Numbered from the stretch's first letter, positions 36,301 through 46,774 are shown. The stretch: 64,000 nucleotides of DNA from Microgenomates group bacterium (GCA_041659805.1 JBAZXP010000001.1:589-64588); one strand, 5' to 3'. The notes: generated by a model not told the origin, from the letters alone. Numbers and translations are program-made.

Positions 36301-39265
36301 GTTTATATATTAACACTCCAAAAGTTCCTAACATTAATCCAAGTCCACTCCATAGGAGTAATTGTGGCCAATAAAAAATTATTACTGTACCAGTTTTGTA
36401 TGGTCCAATCTCCCACCCGTTTGCCCAATTATCAACCTTTATATGGTTTTCTATAAGACTTAATGGAAATTGTCCTGGGTAAAGCCAGGCTACCCAACCA
36501 TCATCATATGACTGAAACAAACTTAAGGTTTTATTTTGATTATCAGCCTCAATTTTAACTGTATAAAAGAAAGGCTCCTGGTGAGTGACAGTTTGAAGCG
36601 GAATTTGTTTGGAATTTGCCTGGAAATTAGGTTTGACAAAAGCAATATTGCTTAAGAAATCCCATTGCACAGGGTAAATGGCAACGCGCCCCAAATCATT
36701 TACAGTTTCGTCATTGTTAAAAGACCAGTTGTCAAAATGAATAGTATAGCCTGCTCCAAACTCATCCATTGGAGGTACAAAGAAGTAAGTTGTTTGCATA
36801 ACCTTGGATTTAGGCAAATAAGTTTCCAGATCTGCTTTTCTGGCATTTTGATTTTCCAGCCAAAACAACAGGCTGTTGCCTGAAATATTTTTTGAGGTTG
36901 AACTAATCAGATAACCTAGATGATGTGGCAGTTGAGGTAAAATAAATCTGGCACTACAATTACTGGCATGTCTTGATTTTAGCCTCAATACCCCATCTGA
37001 TTCTATAACCTGATTTTCAACAGTTCCAATATATTTACTTTCGCTAAAAGCCAGATAGTCACAGTTAATATTCTCAGTACTTGGTAACTTGGTTGAATCA
37101 ATTTCACTGCTAAATAAACTTTTAACTTTAGGAATTTTAACTAACAACATAGAACCATTAAAACTTACCTTGGGGATGGTAAAACCAGCCTCTTCCAGCT
37201 TAGAAGCATCAAACCAAGGCACCAGCTTATTAGTTTGTTGAGGTAAATAGATCTGGTAATCAGCTATGTAATTTGGCACCACACTGCTTAAAATAAACTC
37301 ACTATCAGTTTCAGAAATAGAATAATTGGGTTTTTGTGATAATTGGTTGGAAAACAGCTCTCTGAAAGGATAAAAAACATCTGGTTGAGTGGCTGCTTTA
37401 TATTCCCCCAAAGTTAAATACCCCTGATCACTGTCTGCAAATTTATATGCAGGACCAGACGAAGGCAGGTTAGCTTCAAGAGTCATAAATTTTTCTATAG
37501 CAACTGGATTTTGAACCCTGAACACCAGTACATGATTAAACTTCTGAGCCAGGCTGATTTTATTAGAATCCTTGATTAAACCTAAAAATTCATCCTGATA
37601 AGTAGACTTAGAGGAAGAAACATCGACTACTTCTTCATCCATAATCAACCAGTTCACTTTATATTTGGCTAAAACAGATTCCAAAAGTGGCAAATCCTGA
37701 GAATAAATGGCATGAGAAGCTTCCCAATAAAAACCTTCATTTCCAGATGTCCAGCGGTCAAATTCCCTGTTTAAAATTGGCTGGCGGAGCCCAAACCACA
37801 TAAATCCAGCCCCCTCATAACCCCAATTATAATAGGTCCAACCCCAGAAAGTATTCATAGGTAAATAGGCAATTCTGGAGGCAGGATCCTGTGTTCTAAA
37901 GTAATCAAACATCTCAAAATATTCACCCGGAATATTAACTTTCATCTTGTAATTAATGAGGCTACCGGTAAAAAATGGCCAGGCAAAATAAATTAAGCTT
38001 AAACTTAACAAAACCAAAACCAGTGCACTAAAAAAAGCCTTAAATTTCCTGCCTAATTTAGAAATCTGATCAAAAAGCAAACTCATGGTGAAAGACAAAT
38101 AAATAGCATAAGCAAAGCTCAACATGATAGAAAACTTGGTGAATGGGAATCTTAAGCTCTCTTTAAAAACAGAACTTTTGGAAAGGATATTGTCATAAAA
38201 GAAACGAAACAAAGGATTATCATTACAAATAAAGAAAAACGGAATCAGAAAAACTACCCCAAAAGAAATACCGACAGGATTTTTCTTTATGATTGATAAA
38301 ATTATGCCCGAAACCGACAGAATAAAAAGGAAATAGCCGATTGCAGTCACTCCCGGCTGTTTCAGGTGGGTGCTCCACTCCCCCAAAATATAGCTGAATT
38401 GTCCCTGTTTATTATTATATTCTCCCCATTCAAATAGGAAGTTTTTGAGTAAGGCTGTGTCAGCTATATTTCCGTAGTTTTCCCCTACCTGAAATGCCCT
38501 GTCAGAAAACTGAGTGCTAATTTTTGATTCAACTACAGTATTCCCAAAATTCAAAACATAATAGATATTTGGCAAAAGCCAGAAAGAGTTAATAAGCAGT
38601 ATCAAAGCAATTAAGGTAATCCCCTTTTTTATTTTTTTCTTTAAAGCAGAAAGAATAATTAGAAAAAGAGCAAAAACTCCAAAGAATACATAAAACAAAG
38701 TTGGGGTATGGGCAATTGCAGTTGAAAGTAAAGCCACAAAGGCAAAAATTAATAGATTCTTCTTTTTACCCTCAAGAATATATTTGGTGGAAAAAAGGAA
38801 GAGCCAGCCCAAGGAGGCAAAATGAGTGGCAAACATTTCCAAAGGTAAAACATAGGTTTGGAGGGTGGATAAATTAAGCAGATAAAATAGAGCAGACACA
38901 AAAGCCACACCAGCATGTTTGCTTATTTCTTTCACAAAATAATAAACTCCCAGAACTCCTATTATTAAAGTCATGAAAAAATAACCATATCTTAAAAATG
39001 AGGCTGGTAAAATTAAAGAACTCAGATAATAGATTATTAGCCGGGGGATTTCTGAGGCATGAGCCTGAGCTGCAGGAGCCCCCAAACCCTGATGTTCCTG
39101 CCAGACACTAAATACCCTTTTAAAGTACTCTAAAAAGTCAAATTCAGGGTGGATTGTGTCCCAACCAGAAAGATATGTTCCAGGTATGTAATTTTGATAA
39201 CTAATTATCAAAACGATAATAATAAGCAGAATCGGGAAAAGCAGACTTGATTTAAGGTATTTCAT
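36287..39265 (-). CDS. Very large polytopic membrane protein, YfhO-like, a putative GT-C-type glycosyltransferase with a C-terminal extracytoplasmic domain.
   Basis: It is 992 aa, with at least 14 TM helices in the first ~430 aa and a ~500-aa soluble C-terminal domain. The architecture matches YfhO/GT-C families. The call rests on architecture only. Confidence 0.35.
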   Translation of the reverse strand: MKYLKSSLLFPILLIIIVLIISYQNYIPGTYLSGWDTIHPEFDFLEYFKRVFSVWQEHQGLGAPAAQAHASEIPRLIIYYLSSLILPASFLRYGYFFMTLIIGVLGVYYFVKEISKHAGVAFVSALFYLLNLSTLQTYVLPLEMFATHFASLGWLFLFSTKYILEGKKKNLLIFAFVALLSTAIAHTPTLFYVFFGVFALFLIILSALKKKIKKGITLIALILLINSFWLLPNIYYVLNFGNTVVESKISTQFSDRAFQVGENYGNIADTALLKNFLFEWGEYNNKQGQFSYILGEWSTHLKQPGVTAIGYFLFILSVSGIILSIIKKNPVGISFGVVFLIPFFFICNDNPLFRFFYDNILSKSSVFKESLRFPFTKFSIMLSFAYAIYLSFTMSLLFDQISKLGRKFKAFFSALVLVLLSLSLIYFAWPFFTGSLINYKMKVNIPGEYFEMFDYFRTQDPASRIAYLPMNTFWGWTYYNWGYEGAGFMWFGLRQPILNREFDRWTSGNEGFYWEASHAIYSQDLPLLESVLAKYKVNWLIMDEEVVDVSSSKSTYQDEFLGLIKDSNKISLAQKFNHVLVFRVQNPVAIEKFMTLEANLPSSGPAYKFADSDQGYLTLGEYKAATQPDVFYPFRELFSNQLSQKPNYSISETDSEFILSSVVPNYIADYQIYLPQQTNKLVPWFDASKLEEAGFTIPKVSFNGSMLLVKIPKVKSLFSSEIDSTKLPSTENINCDYLAFSESKYIGTVENQVIESDGVLRLKSRHASNCSARFILPQLPHHLGYLISSTSKNISGNSLLFWLENQNARKADLETYLPKSKVMQTTYFFVPPMDEFGAGYTIHFDNWSFNNDETVNDLGRVAIYPVQWDFLSNIAFVKPNFQANSKQIPLQTVTHQEPFFYTVKIEADNQNKTLSLFQSYDDGWVAWLYPGQFPLSLIENHIKVDNWANGWEIGPYKTGTVIIFYWPQLLLWSGLGLMLGTFGVLIYKHGRK

Positions 39266-40866
39266 ATTGGGTCAACTTTTGGCTTAAAAACATCCAGTCT
39301 GTCTCCATCAGGCAGGAAATAATTATTAATTTTAATTAAGTTTGTTGATTTGTTTGCTTCCAAAAACATGGAAATTTGCTTTAAAACTGCAAAATACCTG
39401 ATTCCTCCCTCAGGTCCCAAATCCTTACTGGCAACTAAAGTTACATCAAAACCAACCAGATATTTTTCCAGTGATATTTCATCAGAAAAAGGAGGTAAAT
39501 CGTAGGGAGCCATAAATTGAATCTGATTTAGATTCAATTGACGTCTGGTCAATTCCATATTGACCTGATTAAGATTTGGTTTCTCACAAAGCACCAAGAT
39601 CTTGATATCCTTTCCGGGGTTGTGTTTGGAAAGTTCAGACGCAATTGTTGAGTTTGGCCAAACAGTTTGATCATACAAAGGAGCCAGGTATAAATTAGTA
39701 TCCTTGCCTAAATTAATCAAGTCTATCCAGCCAAATCCAGGGATTTCCTGTGAGCGGCGAAAGTCTACTTTCTTAGGGTTAACAGGCACACCAAATGAAA
39801 GAACAAAATAATAAAAAACAAGATATAAAACTAGAACAGTAGTAAGTATTTTAGCCACAATTTTATATTTTTGGAAAACCAAAAAATAAGCAATTATCAT
39901 AGTGGCAAGTGGCGCTAAAAAGATCACATACCTTAAATCCTTATTCCCTATCAAAGTAGCTACCAAATAAACAAAAACATAGGTAGGTAAAAGATAGCTT
40001 CTCCTTCTTTTGATGAAATAAATAGCTGATATCAAAAAGGCCAACATTCCTACCCAGGTCAGCTGAAAATTGGTAATCATAAAGGGATAAAACTTAAAAT
40101 TTTCCCAGGAAAAAATCGTTTGTGGATCAGCTGACTCTGCAGTAGAGGTAATACTTAAGGCGTGCAAAATTACAGGGTAATTATGAATATACCAGGGTAA
40201 ATTGATCACCAAAACTACTACTGCTACTAAAAGTAGATTTTTCCAGGCAAGAGACGGAAAGTTCTTAACAAGCTTAACTATTACAGGCACAAAAAGGAAT
40301 ATTAAAACATTCCACTTTATAGCCAGAGCCAAGCTTAAAAAGAGGCCGAAAAGAACTGTATTTTTACGGTTTTGAAAATAATCAGACTTCTCCAAAAAGA
40401 AAAGCGTTCCCAAAGCCATGGCTAATATGGGAATTTCCAGTAAAAATTCCCTGGACAAAGCATACATATTTGGCAATAGAGAAAATAACAGTGCAGCTAA
40501 AAACCCTGCCCTTTTATCTTTAAATAATTCAGACGTATATAGATACAAAAATATAATGCTCAGGATAAAAAAACTAGTTACCACCATTGGTCCTATCAGG
40601 ATATTTTTCCCAAAAATGAGCATCAGGAACGAAACTAAAAGATGTATAAAAGGAGGGTAATAATCAGAAATCGAAAGAAAATTTTCAGAAGTACTAAATT
40701 TAAAAAAGTCTGTAAAACGGAAAGCAATAATAGTATGCCCTGCCGGATCCCAGGCAAATGGTATTTTATTTAGATTAATCCAGATAAAATTACCAACTAA
40801 ATGAAACAAACAAAGAAATATAAGTAAAAAAGGATAGATATTGAGCTTAAAAACATTAGGCACCAA
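39262..40866 (-). CDS. GT-C fold glycosyltransferase-like membrane protein (PMT_2/ArnT-like, GT39/GT83 type).
   Basis: It is 534 aa, with about 11 TM helices and a C-terminal soluble domain. It overlaps the downstream 992-aa gene by 4 nt, consistent with an operon. The first extracytoplasmic loop is 'AWDPAGH'. Confidence 0.4.
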   Translation of the reverse strand: MVPNVFKLNIYPFLLIFLCLFHLVGNFIWINLNKIPFAWDPAGHTIIAFRFTDFFKFSTSENFLSISDYYPPFIHLLVSFLMLIFGKNILIGPMVVTSFFILSIIFLYLYTSELFKDKRAGFLAALLFSLLPNMYALSREFLLEIPILAMALGTLFFLEKSDYFQNRKNTVLFGLFLSLALAIKWNVLIFLFVPVIVKLVKNFPSLAWKNLLLVAVVVLVINLPWYIHNYPVILHALSITSTAESADPQTIFSWENFKFYPFMITNFQLTWVGMLAFLISAIYFIKRRRSYLLPTYVFVYLVATLIGNKDLRYVIFLAPLATMIIAYFLVFQKYKIVAKILTTVLVLYLVFYYFVLSFGVPVNPKKVDFRRSQEIPGFGWIDLINLGKDTNLYLAPLYDQTVWPNSTIASELSKHNPGKDIKILVLCEKPNLNQVNMELTRRQLNLNQIQFMAPYDLPPFSDEISLEKYLVGFDVTLVASKDLGPEGGIRYFAVLKQISMFLEANKSTNLIKINNYFLPDGDRLDVFKPKVDPI

Positions 40867-40933
40867 ATTATTATAACAAAAAAGCCACCATTGCTGGTGG
40901 CTTTTTCAAAAAGACTATCTCGTTACTTAAAAA

Positions 40934-42145
40934 TTATTTATTATTTTTTAAATAATTTGATACAAGTCCTTTAAAAGATACATTAGGTTTTGGGCTTTCA
41001 GCTGAACCGAATGAATAATCATTCATATTTAGTGTATGAACAAAATATCTTGGATAATCCGGTCTTGCTTGTTTTACCTCTACCCCTTGTAAAAATGCCT
41101 TTATGCTTGCAAAAGCAGTGGCAGATTTAACTTCCTGTCCAAAAATCTGAACCTGCGTTCCGGGAACAGTTGGATTTTTAAGTATCATTGTTACTTCATC
41201 TTCATATGAAGTTCTGATAAAGACAGTCTGATGTCCAAAATCAACTCCTCTGTTAGCTCCTGACTGACATAAAATCATTCTGATATTTCTTTCCTTACTT
41301 TTAAGAGAAATATCAGCTTCTTCAGCATCAATTCTTACTAATACATGTTTAGGGAGAACTAATCTGAATTCTACGTCACCAGTTTCTTTATTTAAAGTTA
41401 ATCTGGGATCATCTTTGCTTTGAAAATCATAAAAGTTTACTTTATGACCACCTTTAGTGTCCCCCCAAATGTATTCAGCCTTTCCATCTGCTACTCTTTG
41501 ATCCCAATCTTTTAAAGCTTCTTCTGATTCTGTTTTTTTAATCAAATCTCTGTCAATTAACATAGAACCAGGATCAGCTAAAACATTTTGTAAAGGATTA
41601 ATATCCTGTCCTAGATCTTTTAAGCTGCTGGTAAAAGGTTCATGATTGGCTAAATCAACTCCACCGGTAACTCTAGTTGGTACTCCAAAAAGTCCCAAAA
41701 TAGGTTTTCCGTTTAAATCAATAACCTTCCACTCGCCTTGTGGGCAAGCTTCTTGTGTTGCTGTAGGAGTTGGTGTTGAATCTGCTTTCTTAACAGTTGC
41801 AATAGCTGTAGCAGTTGCTACAGGTTCAGTTGGTCTTGGTGTAACTGTAAATTTTTCATTTCCAATCACAGCAGTAAAACTTCTTCTTGCTTCAGTAAGA
41901 GCATCTGCATCTGCTTTGCTCACACCTGCAACGGGTGTTTCACAAGGACAAGGTGTTCCACCATCAATTCTAAGATTATTAGAATTAACATTGGTGGTTC
42001 TAATAGAATTGTCATTGTTAATTTCAGCAGAAAAATTGCTTGTATTAAAGCTATCTGTAACCTGAACACAACCAGAAGCTAAGGTTGCAATTCCAAGTCC
42101 GACTCCTCCTGCTATTAAAATACCTTTTCGTTTATTTATTTCCAT
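40934..42145 (-). CDS. Putative lipoprotein or secreted protein with a Thr/Pro linker.
   Basis: The N-terminus 'ILIAGGVGLGIATLASGCVQ' has a lipobox-like LASGC. The linker is 'TPRPTEPVATATAIATVKKADSTPTPTAT'. Confidence 0.4.
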   Translation of the reverse strand: MEINKRKGILIAGGVGLGIATLASGCVQVTDSFNTSNFSAEINNDNSIRTTNVNSNNLRIDGGTPCPCETPVAGVSKADADALTEARRSFTAVIGNEKFTVTPRPTEPVATATAIATVKKADSTPTPTATQEACPQGEWKVIDLNGKPILGLFGVPTRVTGGVDLANHEPFTSSLKDLGQDINPLQNVLADPGSMLIDRDLIKKTESEEALKDWDQRVADGKAEYIWGDTKGGHKVNFYDFQSKDDPRLTLNKETGDVEFRLVLPKHVLVRIDAEEADISLKSKERNIRMILCQSGANRGVDFGHQTVFIRTSYEDEVTMILKNPTVPGTQVQIFGQEVKSATAFASIKAFLQGVEVKQARPDYPRYFVHTLNMNDYSFGSAESPKPNVSFKGLVSNYLKNNK

Positions 42146-42163
42146 ATATTCACCTCCTTAATA

Positions 42164-42889
42164 TTAAGATTCCTTCTCAAATTCACGTTTTTGCCAAATA
42201 TGTAAAGGTCTATCTAAATTGTCTTTATTAGTTCTAGAAAATCTTTTTAATCCAAATCCTGCAGGTAAAAAACCTACTAAAGACCAGGCAGCTAAAGGCA
42301 AACCTGTTTTAGGAAGTTCTTCCACAGGAGCTACTTTTTTATTAATGTTTCTGGTAATACAAAAAGCACTGGTATCCTGATCCAGGAGACTGCCTGTTCT
42401 GGCTTCTGCTAAGTTAACCGGACAAACAACTCCTGTTTCATCGGTCACTTTAACTTTAGCCTTTAAAAGAAAACTTTGGGTTTGTCCAGGTGTTAATCTG
42501 TCAATAAAGAAATGTATTTGTCCACCTTTATTAATTGATCCTCCACTAACATATATAAGTTGTGCAGGCAATTGATCAGTAATATCAACTGAATTTAAAT
42601 CAATATCACCTGTATTTTTAACTTCAATCTTAAAATCAACTGTTTGATCAGGAATATATAAATATTGATCTCTGTTCAAATTATCAACATATTGTTCTGT
42701 TGAAGGGTTGAAGATTTTTTTATCAATAAAGAATTTATATGCAGGAGTTGGTTGTGGAGGTGTGTATTGAGCTAAAGCTGAAGGAACAGCAATAAAGCTG
42801 AATAAAGATAAAATAATTGCGGATGCGCCAAACAAGTGGGTTTTCATAAGTTCTGTGCAGATAATACTATAAGATATTTGATTTGTCAA
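42164..42889 (-). CDS. LPXTG-anchored surface protein with a DUF11 (conserved repeat) domain. It is a sortase substrate.
   Basis: The signal peptide is 'MKTHLFGASAIILSLFSFIAVPSALA'. The DUF11-like block is 'VKNTGDIDLNSVDITDQLPAQLIYVSGGSI'. The sorting signal is 'LPKTG' followed by the hydrophobic 'LPLAAWSLVGFLPAGFGL' and then 'KRFSRTNKD'. Confidence 0.7.
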   Translation of the reverse strand: MTNQISYSIICTELMKTHLFGASAIILSLFSFIAVPSALAQYTPPQPTPAYKFFIDKKIFNPSTEQYVDNLNRDQYLYIPDQTVDFKIEVKNTGDIDLNSVDITDQLPAQLIYVSGGSINKGGQIHFFIDRLTPGQTQSFLLKAKVKVTDETGVVCPVNLAEARTGSLLDQDTSAFCITRNINKKVAPVEELPKTGLPLAAWSLVGFLPAGFGLKRFSRTNKDNLDRPLHIWQKREFEKES

Positions 42890-42939
42890 GGGGTAGATTA
42901 TATTTTGAGCTTATTATGATCTCTATAAGAACCTGAAAA

Positions 42940-43020
42940 CTTCGTTTTCAGAACCTTGCGACCGAGTCTTAAGAACCTCTCTCTTTGTTCGAGAACCTTG
43001 CGACCTTCGGTCTTTGGAAA
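42940..43020. repeat. Two copies of a ~30-nt dispersed hairpin repeat with consensus GAACCTTGCGACC-UNCG-GGTCTTCGAAC. Related copies lie at about 26328-26356 and 26404-26436.
   Basis: The copies are 'gaaccttgcgaccgagtcttaagaacc' and 'gaaccttgcgaccttcggtctttggaaac'. They compare with 'cttgcgacctacggtcttcgaatc' and 'gaaccttgcaacgcttcgcgtcttcgaaccc'. The stems GACC/GGTC and ACGC/GCGT covary around a UUCG or UACG loop. Confidence 0.55.
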
Positions 43021-43751
43021 CTTGATTTATAATTTCTAGCTATATTGGAAACTAGTCCCTGCCCAAGACTAGTTCCCAAGACAGCCAGCAATCCATGTTC
43101 CCAAGACAGAACACAATAATTACCCATTTTGTCAAACCGTGCCATAAAATGGTCTCTTGACAAGACCGGACATTTATGGAAATGTAGAAGATGAAATATG
43201 ATTTCTACTGCTTAGAAATTATATTCTCGAAATTAATAAAGGGCATTGCTATTCGAGTCCGTCTGCGGTAGTAATGCTCTTTTTATTGGCTGCAAAGCCA
43301 TCAAGCTCTGCTTATATGGAGCTGAGACAATTGCCTCACCCCTACCTCTTCTACATTTTCAATTATTAAAGTTCTTTTCAACCCCTAACCATTAAAATCA
43401 AACTCTGATCTCTATTACCCATCATCTGCTTAACTTGATCTGCCAAAGGATTTAACCTTAGTCTGTTTATCTTCCTTGGACTGATTTTCTTTGATTTAAA
43501 ACTTAGCATTACGGCAATCATAGTACAGTAAAAATTATTTGTCAAGAATACTAAATCCCATAGCTTTATTTGTTCTAATTTCCCATAGGCTTGTAGTAAT
43601 ATTAATAGGCTTTGTGCCTTATATTAGGTTGTTGTATCAATCTAATCCGAAGCCTACTTTTTTTCTTTCCACCAAAAATTTAGGATGTGGATAAGTCTTT
43701 ACAGCTAACTTGCCTTCAATCCAGCCTGGGGTTACAATGTGAAGTAGCAAT

Positions 43752-44702
43752 ATGGAAAAAACGCGTTTCTGGTCAGCTGTTATTATTGCAACAATCTTTG
43801 CCCTTATCGGCATCTATTTAGCAAGTATTTTTGATCTACCTGAACCTTTTACTCTTAATACTACCCGCTTGGTTTATGGTGTGATTGGAATTTTGCTTTC
43901 AATCCTCTTCTTTTCTCAAATTACTTCCTGGGTAGTAAAAACTACAGCCCGACTGGCCATGTTGGCAGTTGAAACCCTAGCTTTAGAGATAAGTAAACAA
44001 TTTACCACCCACAATCCTTTTGCCCCACAAACCTTAAGTGATGGATTAATCTCACACGAAGGACTGGCTAAATTAAAACAAGAACTATCCGGGGTTACTA
44101 TAATAGATACCTCAAGCTTAATTGATGGCAGATTACTGGAAGTTGCCAAAAGTGGTTTTTTATCCGGATTAATCTTAATTCCTGATTTTGTATTAAGAGA
44201 ATTGCAACAAGTAGCTGATTCTGGGGACAATGTTAAAAGAGCCAGAGGCAGAAGAGGTTTTGACATAATCAATCAATTAAAAAGGGTTAAAAATATTAAA
44301 GTTGAGGTTTGGGATAAAACTTTAGCTAAATTAGCTCAAACCAAGCAAGATTTGGCTGTAGATGATAGATTAATCAGCTTAGCTAAAACTTTGGATGGAA
44401 AGTTATTAACCTGTGATTACAATTTAAATCAGGTAGCAAAACTACGGGGTGTGAATGTTTTAAACATCAATGATTTAACCAATGCTTTAAAAACTTTGCC
44501 TATTCCAGGAGAAATACTACATGTTAAAGTAGCTCATCCAGGCAAGGAAAAAGACCAGATGGTTGGCTATTTGGCGGATGGCACCATGGTGGTAGCAAAA
44601 GGGCTGCAAAAACCAGTAGAAACAGAATTAGAAGTTAAAATAAACAAGGTAATTCAGGGTTCAGCAGGCAGAATCTTATTCGGCCATGTGGCTAATGGCT
44701 AA
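43752..44702 (+). CDS. PIN-domain plus TRAM-domain membrane protein (YacL-like).
   Basis: There are 2-3 N-terminal TM helices. The PIN-like block is 'VTIIDTSSLIDGRLLEVAKSGFLSGLILIPDFVLRELQ'. The C-terminal TRAM-like block is 'ILHVKVAHPGKEKDQMVGYLADGTMVVAKG...KVIQGSAGRILFG'. Confidence 0.55.
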   Translation: MEKTRFWSAVIIATIFALIGIYLASIFDLPEPFTLNTTRLVYGVIGILLSILFFSQITSWVVKTTARLAMLAVETLALEISKQFTTHNPFAPQTLSDGLISHEGLAKLKQELSGVTIIDTSSLIDGRLLEVAKSGFLSGLILIPDFVLRELQQVADSGDNVKRARGRRGFDIINQLKRVKNIKVEVWDKTLAKLAQTKQDLAVDDRLISLAKTLDGKLLTCDYNLNQVAKLRGVNVLNINDLTNALKTLPIPGEILHVKVAHPGKEKDQMVGYLADGTMVVAKGLQKPVETELEVKINKVIQGSAGRILFGHVANG

Positions 44703-44719
44703 AAATATACCATTTACCC

Positions 44720-46375
44720 TTATTTTAAAGGTAGAGTGAAAGCAAAGGTTGATCCTTTACCTAAGCCAGTTGAACTGCCCCATATTTTACCGTTGTGAGC
44801 CTCTACAATCCCCTTTGCAACCACCAACCCGAGTCCCGTACCCTTGCGCTCACCACTCTTCCCTTTTCCGAATTGTTCGAACTTGGAAAAGAGTTTAGCA
44901 ATGTCTTCTGATTTCATGCCGTCACCTGTATCAACTACTGAAATCATAACGTGATCATCTGTAATTTCTGCCTTAATAGTAACGGATCCTTTATCTGTAT
45001 ATTTAATCGCATTTGAGAGCAAATTATCTAAAGTCTGCCCGATTCTTCTTCTGTCAAAAGGTAATTTGGCCAGAGTTGGTGTAACTTCTGACACTAACTT
45101 TAGTCCTTTTTGATCTGTTGTAGGCTTAAACATGGTAATTTTTTCATTTATAAGAGAGACTAAATCATCTTCTTTTTTGGTAATTTCAAACTTGCCTGAT
45201 TCTATTTTAGCTGCATCCAGCAAATCATTAACTAAATCCAACATTTCTCCTGTGGTTGATTGAATAACCCCGATTGTTTTAGCAATATCAGCAGTGGAAA
45301 GCTTTTCCAAACCAGTCATCAAATCAGCAGTACCATAAGTAATTGTGGTTAAAGGAGTTCTGAGTTCATGAACCATCATGGCTGTAAATTCATCCCGCAT
45401 CTTATCCAGCTCGCGTGCTGCAGTCACATCGCGGAAAACAACAGCTGCACCCAACAAATAGCCGTATTGATCAATCACCGGTTCCACATCAATCTGAACA
45501 TACTTTTGATTCAACTGAACCTCTTTTAAAGCCACAATATTTTTAGATATTAATGCCTGTTTGATTGCATGTTCCAAATCTACTTTTACCCCCACACCGG
45601 CTACAATTTCCATTAAACTTTCAACTTTTTTAATTCCCAACATTGAGGCTAAAGCTGAGTTGGAAACAGTCATCCTGAAAGATGAATCAATCATGGCAAT
45701 ACCGTCTGTTAAGGACATGACCATGGCAGATAACCTTCTTTTTTCATTCTCCACCACTAAAGAAAGCTTGCTGGCAGAAGCTGAAACTTGACTTAAGATT
45801 GTATAAAGAATTTTAGTATCAGCTTCTTTATATACACCAGGGGCAATTGAGGATACGTTAATTAATGCCGCTAAATCAGAACCTATCATCATCGGCAGAT
45901 TAAAAGTTGATCCGATCTCAGAAGGCCCCTCCAAAGACAACCCACCGGAAACAGTTTCGTCAATCAAGCCAGGAGTCACCTTCTTGCCTGACATTGTTGA
46001 ATATGATGCGGTTAGATCTTTTTTAACATTGTCTATAAACTCTTGTGAAACTCCTTCTGCAGCATGAATTTTTAAGATAGTTCTGCCTTCTAACCCCATC
46101 ATAATATAGCTGACTGTGGCATATTGAACTAAGCCGGACAAAGAATCAGTAATAACTTCCAAAATTTGACGAAGATCCAAAGAATAACCTGCCCGTTCTG
46201 ATAATGACCTTAAAACCGCCAGTTCAAAAACCTGATGTTTTAGTTGCTTCTCCCGCTCCTCCATCTCTGTTTCATGTAATCTAGTATGTTTTTTAAACCG
46301 TGATAAATAAACAAAGAAAAGGGAAATAAAAATAGAATTTCCAAAAAGGAATAATCCTAGGGCAATTGGATCCAT
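44720..46375 (-). CDS. Sensor histidine kinase (TM, GAF/PAS-like, HisKA, HATPase_c).
   Basis: The H-box is 'MMVHELRTPLTTI'. The N-box is 'LSNAIKYTDKG'. G1 is 'DTGDGM'. G2 is 'GTGLGLVVAKGIVEAHNGKIW'. Confidence 0.85.
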   Translation of the reverse strand: MDPIALGLFLFGNSIFISLFFVYLSRFKKHTRLHETEMEEREKQLKHQVFELAVLRSLSERAGYSLDLRQILEVITDSLSGLVQYATVSYIMMGLEGRTILKIHAAEGVSQEFIDNVKKDLTASYSTMSGKKVTPGLIDETVSGGLSLEGPSEIGSTFNLPMMIGSDLAALINVSSIAPGVYKEADTKILYTILSQVSASASKLSLVVENEKRRLSAMVMSLTDGIAMIDSSFRMTVSNSALASMLGIKKVESLMEIVAGVGVKVDLEHAIKQALISKNIVALKEVQLNQKYVQIDVEPVIDQYGYLLGAAVVFRDVTAARELDKMRDEFTAMMVHELRTPLTTITYGTADLMTGLEKLSTADIAKTIGVIQSTTGEMLDLVNDLLDAAKIESGKFEITKKEDDLVSLINEKITMFKPTTDQKGLKLVSEVTPTLAKLPFDRRRIGQTLDNLLSNAIKYTDKGSVTIKAEITDDHVMISVVDTGDGMKSEDIAKLFSKFEQFGKGKSGERKGTGLGLVVAKGIVEAHNGKIWGSSTGLGKGSTFAFTLPLK

Positions 46376-46393
46376 AAAAATAGTTTACACCTT

Positions 46394-46768
46394 TTAAGGA
46401 ATTTTTAGAATCTGTTTAATCCGGGCTACCATTTGGGCCGGAACAACCTGATATTTGATTAAAATATCCAAAACTCCTAAAGATTTCAGCTGGTCATTAT
46501 TCAAATCCTCAACATAATTGGTCATTATCACAACAGGTAAATCTTTTAAGGTTGGGTCAGCCCGCAGAGAAGTCAAAAAATCAGTTAAACTACCATCAGG
46601 CAAGAGGTAATCCGTCAGAATTACATCATATTTAGATCCTGCTATGAGTTTCTGTTTTGCTTCTGCTAGAGTAAAAGCCTGTTCAGTTTCAAACCCCTCC
46701 ACTTTAAATCTGATGGTGACCAAATCAGACATTGCCTTTTCATCTTCAATTATTAAAATATGTGCCAT
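46394..46768 (-). CDS. Stand-alone response-regulator receiver domain (CheY-like).
   Basis: The sequence is 'ILIIEDEKAMSDL...DVILTDYLLPDGSLTDF...PVVIMTN' and has no output domain. Confidence 0.8.
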   Translation of the reverse strand: MAHILIIEDEKAMSDLVTIRFKVEGFETEQAFTLAEAKQKLIAGSKYDVILTDYLLPDGSLTDFLTSLRADPTLKDLPVVIMTNYVEDLNNDQLKSLGVLDILIKYQVVPAQMVARIKQILKIP

Positions 46769-46774
46769 ATTTAC

